64,000 nt of DNA from Vicinamibacteria bacterium (GTDB lineage: Bacteria; Acidobacteriota; Vicinamibacteria; Marinacidobacterales; Marinacidobacteraceae). Location of the stretch: NCBI GenBank assembly GCA_964291235.2, contig OZ219816.1, positions 896,001 to 960,000 on the forward strand, written 5' to 3'. Numbering within the stretch: position 1 is the first letter of the stretch; every line of letters begins with the position of its first letter. The notes under the pieces were generated by a model. The model made no database searches. It was given only the letters and a program-made list of their open reading frames with translations, and was not told the DNA's origin. The translations under genes were made by a program, and so were the position numbers. Below are positions 9,586 through 18,310 of the stretch, piece after piece.

Positions 9586-11121
9586 ATGTCCAGGACAACC
9601 GACCAGAGTTCCCCCAGTTCCGGCGTCACCCGCCGGCAGCTGCTTGCCGGCGCCGGCACGGGCGCCGCAGCCATGTTGCTGGAGCCGGGCCGTCTTCGGG
9701 CGGCGCCGCAGGACGGGACCGTCGTTTTCACGAACACGACGGTCGCGAATCCCGACGCCGTCCAGGACGACGTGGCGCTCGCGGTCGCGGGCGGCCGGAT
9801 CGCGGCGATCGGTCCCACCGACGAGGTGCTCGCCGACCATCCCGGCGCCGAGCAGTACGACGGCCGCCACAAGGCCCTCGTGCCGGGGCTCGTCAACACG
9901 CACGCCCACATGCGGGCGGTCATCGCCCGCGGCTTCAACGAGGACTTCGGCTTCCCGAACACCGCGAATCTGTCGGTCTCGCCCGCCAGCCTGCTCTCGG
10001 GTGACGAAGGCAACCTCATGGTGCAGGTTGCCGCGCTCGAGGCAATCCGCACCGGGACCACCACCATCGTGGAGTACACCGGGAACATCCAGCGCCAGGC
10101 GCCGGTGCTCGCGGACTCCGGGCTGCGCTGCGTCTTCGCGGAGGGAATCCGCGACGCCGAGAACGTTCCGGGGCCGATGTCCACCCGGGCGATGGCCCAG
10201 GGGGTCAGCGACCCTCCGCGGTTTTCGGAGCGGCTGCGCGACGAGGGCATGGAGCGCATCAGCGATCTCTTCAGCACCTGGCACGGCGCCCGCGACGGCC
10301 GCATCTCGGTGTTCCCGGCCGCGGCGCTTGCCGAGACCTCGTCGCCCGAGCTGCTAAGGGCGGTGCGCGAGTTCGCCGAGACCCACGACCTCGGCTACAC
10401 GATCCACCTGAATCAGAGCCGCGCCGAATACGAGTACATGGTCATGCACCACGGCCTCCGCCCGGCCGCGTATCTGGACCGGCACGGCTTCCTCGGACCC
10501 CGGTTGTTCGCCGCGCACGCGCGCTACGTCAACCACGAGGAGGTGGCGCTGCTGGGTCGGTCCGGCACCATCATCGCCCACCAGGCGGGGATGGCGTCGA
10601 ACCGCGGCATCAGCCCGCCGATTCCGGAGCTGCGGACCGCCGGCTGTCCGATCGCCCTCGGCACCGACAACAACACGAACGACGTCTTCGAGGTGATGCG
10701 CATCGCGATGCTCACCGAGCGCATCCGGCGCAACCGCGACGGGGACGAGGTTCCCGGCCTCTCGCCCCAGCCGGAAGATGTCCTCGCAGACGCGACCCAG
10801 GGCGGCGCGCAGGCGGTCAACCAGGTCGACGATCTCGGGACCCTGGAAGTCGGGAAGAAGGCGGACCTCCTGGTGGTGGACACGCTGCGGGCCCATCTCG
10901 TGCCGGCGGGCCGCTTCATTTCCGCACTGGTGCATAGCGGGCATCCGGGCGACATCGAGTCGGTCATGGTGGACGGTCAGTTCGTCATGCGCGACCGCAC
11001 GGTCCTCACCATGGACGAGGATGCCCTGCTCCGGGATGCGGACACGGTCGGCCGCCGCATCTGGGGCCAGGTGCTGGAGGCGAGCCCGCTCCACGTGCCG
11101 CGCCTGCCGCGCCCGGGCTGA
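9586..11121 (+). CDS. Tat-exported amidohydrolase (MTA/SAH deaminase or chlorohydrolase-like)
   Basis: TRRQLL twin-arginine signal; PGLVNTHAH, IHLNQS, AAHA, LGTD, GTLEVGKKADL. Confidence 0.85.
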   Translation: MSRTTDQSSPSSGVTRRQLLAGAGTGAAAMLLEPGRLRAAPQDGTVVFTNTTVANPDAVQDDVALAVAGGRIAAIGPTDEVLADHPGAEQYDGRHKALVPGLVNTHAHMRAVIARGFNEDFGFPNTANLSVSPASLLSGDEGNLMVQVAALEAIRTGTTTIVEYTGNIQRQAPVLADSGLRCVFAEGIRDAENVPGPMSTRAMAQGVSDPPRFSERLRDEGMERISDLFSTWHGARDGRISVFPAAALAETSSPELLRAVREFAETHDLGYTIHLNQSRAEYEYMVMHHGLRPAAYLDRHGFLGPRLFAAHARYVNHEEVALLGRSGTIIAHQAGMASNRGISPPIPELRTAGCPIALGTDNNTNDVFEVMRIAMLTERIRRNRDGDEVPGLSPQPEDVLADATQGGAQAVNQVDDLGTLEVGKKADLLVVDTLRAHLVPAGRFISALVHSGHPGDIESVMVDGQFVMRDRTVLTMDEDALLRDADTVGRRIWGQVLEASPLHVPRLPRPG

Positions 11122-11328
11122 TCGCGCGCCGCCGGCGGCGGCGGATGCACCGTTTCTGACTCGGGCGCCGGGGACCGCGGTCCGTCGCAGGGCGTGCTCC
11201 GGAATTCGCCGGCCCGGCGGCTCGCGACGGGGTGGCGTGAGTCGGGTGTCCGGGTGGGATCGCGCCGTCTTCCCAAATTGGACTGGGGACTTCGCAATCG
11301 ACTAGGCTGGGGCGGTGGGGCTCCCAAC

Positions 11329-12483
11329 ATGAGGCCGATCGGCGCAGCGGTTCGATGGCGTCGCGGTCATGGCCGATCCCGGGGCCCGCTGCTCCTGGTC
11401 CCGATGGCCGTTTCCCTCTCCTGCGGGGGCGGCGACGGCGCCGGCACACCGGCCACTCCCCAGGCGCCCCGACCCGCCCCGCGTCAGCTCATCGGCATGG
11501 AGATCTTCGCCGAACAGAGGTCGATCCGGGTCGGACAGGTGTCGAGCCCGCTGGTCGTCTATGGCGAATTCGACGACGGCACCTCCGGTACGGTGAACGT
11601 GATCTGGACGTCCTCGGATCCCAGCGTGGCCGAGGTGGCGGAGGACGGGACGGTGACCGGGGCCGGAGTCGGGATGGCCACCATCACCGCTTCGTTTGAG
11701 GGGTTTACGGCGACGATCGAGCTGGCGGTCGATGAGGCGAACGTCCGCGCCACTCGGGACCGGCCGGACGACTTCGCCGGGCCGCAGATCCACGTCGTCT
11801 ATGCGCTGCCCAGCGACGGCGAAGATCTGAACTTCGACCGCTACGGGGATATCGCCAGGTCTTTCGAGCAGATTCAGGACTGGTTGATGGATGACATCGG
11901 CTATCGGTTCCGCCTGGACACGCACGCCGGGGAACTGGACGTGAGTTTTCTGCGACTCCGGGCCACGAGTCAGGAGATTCGGGCCACGGGGATATTCGAT
12001 GTCGTCTCCTTCATCCACGAGGGCATAGAGGCCCAGGTGGGGTTGGTGCAAGACAAGGTGTACGCGGCGTACTACTTTGGGGAGTCGACGTTTGGCGGAG
12101 TGGGCCATTCGGTGCTGCGGCTCGGCACCACGATGGTGGACCCGAACTACCGCTCCCGGTACCTGCCCGGGCGCTACCCCGATGGGGCGGGGTATTTTGA
12201 ACAGGTAATGGTCCACGAGTTGTTCCACGTGTTTGGCGCCGTCCCCAGTTGCGCCCCGAATGAAGGACTCGGGGCTCACGTCACCGATTCCGGCGAGGAT
12301 CTGATGTTCGCGGGAATCTACGAAGACCCCGCCGACAGTGTCGGGAATGTGGCGATTGACGTTGGGCGTGACGACTACTTCGAGCATGGACGGAGCGACT
12401 GCCCTGATCTCGCGGACAGCCGGTATTGGGAGCGGGTTGGCCCGGGACGCGCCGCAGCCGGTACCCCGGAGAGCCGACGTTAG
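11329..12483 (+). CDS. Lipoprotein with Big_2 Ig-like domain and HExxH metallopeptidase domain
   Basis: SLS-CGGG lipobox, WTSSDPSVAEVAEDGTVTGAGVGMATITA (Big_2), HELFHVFG, DLMF; start approximate. Confidence 0.7.
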   Translation: MRPIGAAVRWRRGHGRSRGPLLLVPMAVSLSCGGGDGAGTPATPQAPRPAPRQLIGMEIFAEQRSIRVGQVSSPLVVYGEFDDGTSGTVNVIWTSSDPSVAEVAEDGTVTGAGVGMATITASFEGFTATIELAVDEANVRATRDRPDDFAGPQIHVVYALPSDGEDLNFDRYGDIARSFEQIQDWLMDDIGYRFRLDTHAGELDVSFLRLRATSQEIRATGIFDVVSFIHEGIEAQVGLVQDKVYAAYYFGESTFGGVGHSVLRLGTTMVDPNYRSRYLPGRYPDGAGYFEQVMVHELFHVFGAVPSCAPNEGLGAHVTDSGEDLMFAGIYEDPADSVGNVAIDVGRDDYFEHGRSDCPDLADSRYWERVGPGRAAAGTPESRR

Positions 12484-12824
12484 CCGGGATTTCTCATACT
12501 GCCGCCGTAGAGGTCGCCGCGGGATGGTGCCCCTCTCGGCGGGACCCCCACCAGGGGGCCTTCGCCGGGAGTTCGCCGGGAGCACTGGGCACGGCCCCCC
12601 TAGCGTTGATGTCGCAAAGGCCAGGGAACGCCGGCCTCCAGGCCGGCACAGCCCGCCGCAGGCGGGCGGCGGGATGGGCCTGGCTGGCCGGGGTGGCTCC
12701 CTCTGTGGGAGGGGATCCCGTGAGCGCGAGCGGCGAGGAACCGCCGGCGGCGCTACGCGCCGCTGTGCCGACCTGGAGGTCGGCCCAGTTCTCCCGGTGG
12801 ACTTTCCACGAGAACGCAAGAGCG

Positions 12825-14087
12825 TTAGGCGGCCCTCCGCTTCTGGGAGAAGTTGGGATCAAAGAGGGTTCGGTTCCGGGCCATCGCGCACAGCACCCGG
12901 AGTTGTTGATCCGCGATGCTCCGGTGGCGCCGGGCCGTGTGCTTCCCTTCCGCCTTCAACTTCCGGTTGTAGGCCGCCACCTTCTCGTCCCAGCGGACGA
13001 CCCCCCGCGCCAGGATGTAGGTGGCGTGTTGCAGCGAACTGGGAACGGCGCGCCGTTGCCGGAGCTGTGCGGACTTGCCGGACTGGTCCTCGATCGGGGC
13101 TACTCCACAGTAGGCGCGCAGACGGCGGTAGTTCCCCTCCGAGAGCGCTTCGAAGCCCCAGGCGAACAACCGGGCCAGCGCCTTGTCCCCCGCGCCCGGG
13201 CGTGAGCGCAACGCGCTCACCAGATCCAGGCCCGTGGCATCCGAACCACCCCCGGCCTCCGCCGTCTCCGAGAACTCGTCCAGCAGCTGGGTCATCTGGC
13301 CCTCCGCCCGGACGAGTTCCGCTCGCACGACCTCCAACTGTGCGAGCGCCGTGCGGATCGTCTCCACCGACGCCTCGGTCGCCCCCGGCGCCATCACCAA
13401 CGCCGGCTCCCGGAACAACGCCTGGATCCGCGCGGCGCTGATCCGGGTCACTCCATACCGCCGAACCAGCTTCTCCAACGTGGACAACCACACCTTCCGC
13501 GCTTTCGCCGGCGTAGAAGCCCGAGCCCACAACTCCCGGAAGAACGGAGTCCCCAGGTTCTTCGCCTCGCCGGCTACCTCCAGCAGTTGCGGGAAGTAGT
13601 CCACCAGCGCACTCCGGATCCGCAGGCACTGCCGGACCTGCTCCTGGAGCAGACGGTCCGCCGTCCGGGTCCGCTCCCGCAGCCGCAGCACCAACCCCGG
13701 TAGCGGCACCAGCAGCCGGAACCCCGCCAGGCTCGCCTGCAGCGTGGTGGCCAACATCCGGGCGTCCCGCCGGTCGTTCTTGTGCCCCGGGTGGGAGATG
13801 AACTTCCGCAGGTGGCTCGTCTGCCGCGGGTTCACCGCATAGACCGCAAACCCCGCCTCCAGCAGCGTCGCCACCACCGCCCCATCCGGCCGCTCGATCG
13901 CGACCGCCACCCGCGCCGGCGGCACACCCGTCTGCTTCCTAAGCCACTTCACCAGGGCCGCCAGCCCCGATCCCTTGTGCGCGAAGGCGCGCTCCCCGCG
14001 CACCTTCCCGCGCCTGTCGCACAGGCACACCTGGTGGCTCTGCTCGCCCCAGTCGATGCCCACGAACCAGCTCAGCTTCTGCTTCAT
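12825..14087 (-). CDS. IS110 family transposase/recombinase (DEDD RuvC-like plus Tnp20 domain)
   Basis: FVGIDW, VAIER, KNDRRDA (D-E-D-D) and AYCGVAPIEDQSGK with catalytic Ser; RBS-like AAGGAAG; no stops. Confidence 0.95.
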   Translation of the reverse strand: MKQKLSWFVGIDWGEQSHQVCLCDRRGKVRGERAFAHKGSGLAALVKWLRKQTGVPPARVAVAIERPDGAVVATLLEAGFAVYAVNPRQTSHLRKFISHPGHKNDRRDARMLATTLQASLAGFRLLVPLPGLVLRLRERTRTADRLLQEQVRQCLRIRSALVDYFPQLLEVAGEAKNLGTPFFRELWARASTPAKARKVWLSTLEKLVRRYGVTRISAARIQALFREPALVMAPGATEASVETIRTALAQLEVVRAELVRAEGQMTQLLDEFSETAEAGGGSDATGLDLVSALRSRPGAGDKALARLFAWGFEALSEGNYRRLRAYCGVAPIEDQSGKSAQLRQRRAVPSSLQHATYILARGVVRWDEKVAAYNRKLKAEGKHTARRHRSIADQQLRVLCAMARNRTLFDPNFSQKRRAA

Positions 14088-14124
14088 CGCTGTCTTCCTT
14101 CGAGCTTGCGCTCCGTCGGAGGTC

Positions 14125-14322
14125 CGCCGCGCCGCGATGCTGTCCAGCCCCTATACTGGTTCTCGATTGGAACCGACTCTCCACTGGTCGTCCATCACGG
14201 CCATCCGTCGGGGTACGTGTCCACCGTAGGTGCTCGCAGCACCGGGGCTCAGTTAGTACTCCCGGCGGATTGGCCAACCTGAGTTGATACAACGGCAGCT
14301 GAATCTCAGCTCCCGCAGGACG
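14125..14322 (-). ncRNA. Predicted IS110 bridge RNA
   Basis: 5' hairpin AGCTGA-GAT-TCAGCT; target loop GAGCCCC-[GGTGCTGCGAGCACC]-TA-CGGTGG; donor loop GTGGAGAGTC-[GGTTC...GAACC]-AG-TATAGG; guides match flanks and ends; transcript ends approximate. Confidence 0.8.
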
Positions 14323-14555
14323 TCGCCGATCCTATAGGGGGCTCCCGTGCCTTCACGCTGTCCGTGCAGTTGCGGCCCGCCCCTGGCGAGTGTCTCCCAA
14401 CATCGTTGACAGGTTGGCGTGATCTGCGCGGCACCTTGGGCCATGGGTATGAAAAATCCGGCGTTGGAAGCTTCCCCCGCGCGAGCGGCCGTTTCGCTGC
14501 GGTGCGCATTGACACCGTACGGGCCAGGCCGACGGCAGCGTGTTGGCTGCCGGTC

Positions 14556-16340
14556 TCAGCGCCGGAGCGAGAACGGGTGGATCCGCCAGAAGTGGGCGCG
14601 GTAGCTGAAGACGGTGAAGGCGATCCGGTCGCCGAGCGGCGACCACGCGGGCTGGGTCTTGTGGGTGGGGTCCGAGGTGACCTGCTCCGCCGCTCCCCCG
14701 CCCAGCGGAACCCGGAAGATCTGGAAGAACCCGTCATCGGCGCGGTCGACGTAGGCCGCCCAGCGGCCGTCCGGTGAGACCCCGATCCCGGAGTGGATCT
14801 GGTCGGAGCCGAACTCGTGGAAGCGGGTGGGCTCGCCGCCGGTGCGCGGCACCGTCCAGAGGCTCTTCCGGCCGACCGCCGCCGCGGACTCGAACAGGAG
14901 CGTGTCCCCGGCATCCGCCCACTCGGCCTGGATCACGTCCTCCGGGAACCCTTCGAGCGGCACCTGCTGCTGGGGCTCCGTGACCTCGCCCGTCTCCTGG
15001 TCCACCCCGATCACGTAGAGCCCGCCGTGCCGGGCGCCGGTCTCGTCGCGCCGGTAGCTGGTGAAGACCACGAAGCGGCCGTCCGGGGACCAGCGCGCCC
15101 AGCCGGTCTCGTGCCCGTCCTCGCTGATCTGGCGGGCCCCGCTGCCGTCGGCCGCCATCAGCCAGATGTCGTCCGAGTTCTCGTGGGTGTGGAAAACGAT
15201 CCAGCGCCCGTTCGGGGACCACTGCATCCCCTGGTCCTCGGAGTAGGACTGCCGGACGATCCGCCGGGGTTCGCGGTGTGGCGTCTCGACGCTCACCGGA
15301 ACCGTGCCCAGGTGCTGGGCGATGTCCGGATAGTGGATGTCGTCCGTGACGTGCCGCCAACTCCCGAAGGTAAACGCGACCTCGCCGCCGTCCGGGCTCC
15401 AGGTCGGAGTCTCCGACTGGAACGCGGTCAGCGGCTCGGAGGGGCCGCCCTCCGCGGAAACGGTCGCGAGGAATACCCGGTAGTCCTGGCTCTTGAAGAC
15501 CACCTCGCCGCCCGCTCCCACTGAGGGTGCGTACGCATCGCGCGCGAAACGACTGAGCCGCGTGCGCCGCCCGCCGCTCACCCGGCGCATCCAGAGGTCG
15601 AGGAAGCCGCCTTCCCCCGGGACCCCGTAGATCACCGATTCCCCGTCCGGCGAGAAGGCGATGCGTCCGTAGGCTTCCTGGTCGTCGAAGAGCGGCTCGG
15701 GGGCGGAACACGGGAGATGCAGGTGTTGGCCTTCCCCCGTGCGGACGAGGCAGGCGATCTGTCCGTCGGGAGACCAGGCCGGGAATGCGAGGCGCTCCCC
15801 GGTGGCCTGGACCGCGGCGTTTCCGCCTTCGGCGTCGAGCGCCCAGACGGTCGAAACGCCGTCCGTCCGCGTCACGCCGGCGATCGCGGCGCCATCCGGG
15901 GACCAGCTCAGTTGCGCGAGCGCCCCGGTTGCCGGCGTGGCGTCCGCCGGACGGTCGGGCCACAGCGGACGTCGGCTGCCGTCGGCCCGGTCATGAATCC
16001 ACCATTCCTGAAGGCTGCGGTCGAAGACGTTTTCGTGCACCAGCACCCGGCGGCTATCCGGGAACCAGGTCAGATACCGGATGGACGCCGTCCCCGGACC
16101 GATCCGCTGGGCGGCGCCGCCGGCGGAGGGCGCGAAACGGATCCGGCCGCGTTCCAGGGTCGCGAGCCAGTTCCCATCGGGCGAGATCGCCCCCACCGGG
16201 TCGCGGTAGGCGACGGGGCCCGCCTGATCGGCGGTGGCCAGGTAGTGGAGCGGCGGGAGGGTGCCGCGTTCGGGCCGATCCCCGCCGCAGGCGGCGAGGA
16301 GGAAGAGAGCGGCGCCGGCGAGACAGGGGATTCCGCGCAT
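14556..16340 (-). CDS. TolB-like (PD40 repeat) beta-propeller lipoprotein
   Basis: Lipobox LLAA-C; many P.WSPDG / FSPDG repeats. Confidence 0.82.
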   Translation of the reverse strand: MRGIPCLAGAALFLLAACGGDRPERGTLPPLHYLATADQAGPVAYRDPVGAISPDGNWLATLERGRIRFAPSAGGAAQRIGPGTASIRYLTWFPDSRRVLVHENVFDRSLQEWWIHDRADGSRRPLWPDRPADATPATGALAQLSWSPDGAAIAGVTRTDGVSTVWALDAEGGNAAVQATGERLAFPAWSPDGQIACLVRTGEGQHLHLPCSAPEPLFDDQEAYGRIAFSPDGESVIYGVPGEGGFLDLWMRRVSGGRRTRLSRFARDAYAPSVGAGGEVVFKSQDYRVFLATVSAEGGPSEPLTAFQSETPTWSPDGGEVAFTFGSWRHVTDDIHYPDIAQHLGTVPVSVETPHREPRRIVRQSYSEDQGMQWSPNGRWIVFHTHENSDDIWLMAADGSGARQISEDGHETGWARWSPDGRFVVFTSYRRDETGARHGGLYVIGVDQETGEVTEPQQQVPLEGFPEDVIQAEWADAGDTLLFESAAAVGRKSLWTVPRTGGEPTRFHEFGSDQIHSGIGVSPDGRWAAYVDRADDGFFQIFRVPLGGGAAEQVTSDPTHKTQPAWSPLGDRIAFTVFSYRAHFWRIHPFSLRR

Positions 16341-16464
16341 GGGGGAATCCTACGGGGGGCCGGCGTTCCCGGTCACGCGCTGGAGCGGGGTTCCGCGCCT
16401 TCGGCGCGCTTCGCGCGGCGAAGGCAGTCCGGAGGCCGCTACCGGAAGAACCGGCCGGCGTCCC

Positions 16465-16725
16465 TCAGCCCTTGGCTACCAGGCGGGAGAGGCGGGACTT
16501 GGTGCGGGCGGCAGCGTTTCTGTGGACGACCCGGCGACTCGCCATGCGATCGAGCAGGGCGATGGTCTCCGGGAGCTGTTTCTGGCTGCCTTCCTGATCG
16601 CCGGCGGCGACGGCGGCGCGGAGCTTCTTGATCGCGGTGCGCAGCCGGCTCCGGTGGTGCCGGTTGCGAACCCGTTGCTCCTCGTTCTGGCGAACGCGTT
16701 TCTTCGCGGATTTGCTGTGGGCCAT
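16465..16725 (-). CDS. rpsT: 30S ribosomal protein S20
   Basis: MAHSKSAKKRVRQ...RSRLRTAIKK...VHRNAAARTKSRL. Confidence 0.96.
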   Translation of the reverse strand: MAHSKSAKKRVRQNEEQRVRNRHHRSRLRTAIKKLRAAVAAGDQEGSQKQLPETIALLDRMASRRVVHRNAAARTKSRLSRLVAKG

Positions 16726-16819
16726 ACGGTGAAGTGGTTGGTTTGTCCTGGCCGTCCCCGATTGGGTCCGGGATGGGTGGTTGGTTCCGTGAGCGAGTTT
16801 CGCAGCCGGTGGCTGCGAT

Positions 16820-16842
16820 GCCGGCCTGGAGGCCAGCGTTCC
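16820..16842. repeat. REP-like palindrome (imperfect)
   Basis: GCCGGCCTGGAGGCCAGCGTTCC in the divergent rpsT/NCS2 intergenic region. Confidence 0.65.
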
Positions 16843-16952
16843 TAGCCCGCGGCCGCGATGCCGGCCGGAGATCGGCGTTTCGTCAAGTCGCGCTGGAAAA
16901 CGCCATTGTACCATCGCGCGCCCGGCCGGGGCCGGGGCCAAAGGAGGGTGCG

Positions 16953-18296
16953 GTGAGCGATTGGCTGGATCGTTTCTTCGAGATCGGGGCTCGGGGAAGC
17001 ACCCCTCGGCGGGAGGTGTTGGCCGGCGCCACCACCTGGCTGACCCTTGCCTACATCGTGCTGGTCAACCCCATTGTGCTCGGGGCCGCGGGAATGGACA
17101 CCGGCGCCGTCATGGTGGCCACCTGTGTCGGCGCCGCGCTCGCCACCGCGTCGGCGGGAATCTTCGCCAGGCTTCCGGTCGCGCTCGCGCCCGGAATGGG
17201 CCTGAACTTCTTCTTCGCCTTCACCCTTTGTGGAACGGTCGCCACCGGCGGGTTCGGGCTGACGTGGCAGCAGGCGCTCGCCGCCACCTTCCTTGCCGGG
17301 GTCCTCTTCCTCGCGAGTGCACTGTTCAAGATCCGTTCGAAGCTCATGGATGTGGTCCCGGCGCCCCTCCGTCACGGGATCGTGGCCGGAATCGGGCTGA
17401 TGATCGCGGTGATCGGGCTTCGCTGGGCAGGACTCCTGGTCGCGACGCCGAGCATCTACATCGGCCCCGGCGATCTGGGCTCGCGGCCGGTTCAGGTGGC
17501 GCTGGTGGGGCTGATCGTCACCGCCATCCTGGTGATCCGGCGGGTGCCGGGAGCGCTGCTGATCGGCGCCGGGGTGTCCGGCGTTTTCAGCCTGGGGTTC
17601 GGCCTCACGCAGTTCACGGGATTGGTGTCGGCGCCCCCCTCGGTCCTTCCCACGTTTCTGGCGCTGGACTTCGCCGGCCTCTTTGCGGCGCCGACCTGGA
17701 TCCTCGCGGTGGTGGTGCTCCTGATGGTGGACATGTTCGACACGATCGGAACGCTCCTCGGAGTCACGAGCCGCGCCGGGCTGATGGAGAGCGGCCGACT
17801 GCCCCGCGCCGAGGCGGCTTTCGCCTCGGATGCCGGCGGCACGATGCTGGGTAGCCTCCTCGGGACCTCCACCATCACCACCTATATCGAGAGCGCCGCC
17901 GGCATTGCCGCGGGCGGCCGGACCGGTCTCACGGCGCTGACCACCGCGGCTCTGCTGCTGGGCTCGATGTTCTTCCATCCGCTGCTTTCCGTGATCGGCG
18001 GAGTGCCCCTCGGGGAGGGGGTCACCCTCTATCCCGTCGCCGCCCCGATCCTGATCCTGATCGGCGTCTTCATGATGCCGGAGGTTGCCAAAATCCCGTG
18101 GGACCGGCCGGTGGCGGCCATCCCGGCATTCTTCGTGGTCGTGGGAATGCCCCTCACCACCAGCATCACCAACGGGATCGGCGCGGGCCTGATCGCCTGG
18201 TCGGCCCTCCATCTGCTCTCCGGCAAGGGCCGGGAGACCGGGCCGGTGATCCACCTCCTGGCGGGGCTCTTTGTGATTCTCTTCCTGCTTGAGTAA
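16953..18296 (+). CDS. NCS2 family (AzgA/PbuG-like) purine permease
   Basis: EVLAGATTWLTLAYIVLVNP, ALAPGMGLN, DMFDTIGT, YIESAAGIAAGGRTGLT; RBS AAGGAGG before GTG 16953. Confidence 0.92.
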   Translation: MSDWLDRFFEIGARGSTPRREVLAGATTWLTLAYIVLVNPIVLGAAGMDTGAVMVATCVGAALATASAGIFARLPVALAPGMGLNFFFAFTLCGTVATGGFGLTWQQALAATFLAGVLFLASALFKIRSKLMDVVPAPLRHGIVAGIGLMIAVIGLRWAGLLVATPSIYIGPGDLGSRPVQVALVGLIVTAILVIRRVPGALLIGAGVSGVFSLGFGLTQFTGLVSAPPSVLPTFLALDFAGLFAAPTWILAVVVLLMVDMFDTIGTLLGVTSRAGLMESGRLPRAEAAFASDAGGTMLGSLLGTSTITTYIESAAGIAAGGRTGLTALTTAALLLGSMFFHPLLSVIGGVPLGEGVTLYPVAAPILILIGVFMMPEVAKIPWDRPVAAIPAFFVVVGMPLTTSITNGIGAGLIAWSALHLLSGKGRETGPVIHLLAGLFVILFLLE

Positions 18297-18310
18297 CGAA
18301 GCCCGGGGAA

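Larger units (their letters stand above)
12801..14336 (-). mobile_element. IS110-family insertion sequence, complete, flanked by duplicated CC core (GG at 12799-12800 and 14337-14338 on + strand)
   Basis: Transposase plus long non-coding left end and 24-bp right end; boundaries deduced from guide matches in the non-coding end. Confidence 0.85.
12480..14463. mobile_element. Non-autonomous TIR element (MITE family A) carrying REP-like palindromes, interrupted by IS110
   Basis: Left arm 12481-12677 matches the reverse complement of 53274-53423; right arm 14368-14461 matches the reverse complement of 52646-52738; ends TAGCCGGGATTTCTCATAC / GTATGAAAAATCCGGC. Confidence 0.7.

Noticed and set aside
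16726-16952. Purine riboswitch ahead of the NCS2 permease
   Set aside because: No purine-riboswitch consensus visible; the region is occupied by a REP-like palindrome and GC-rich sequence.
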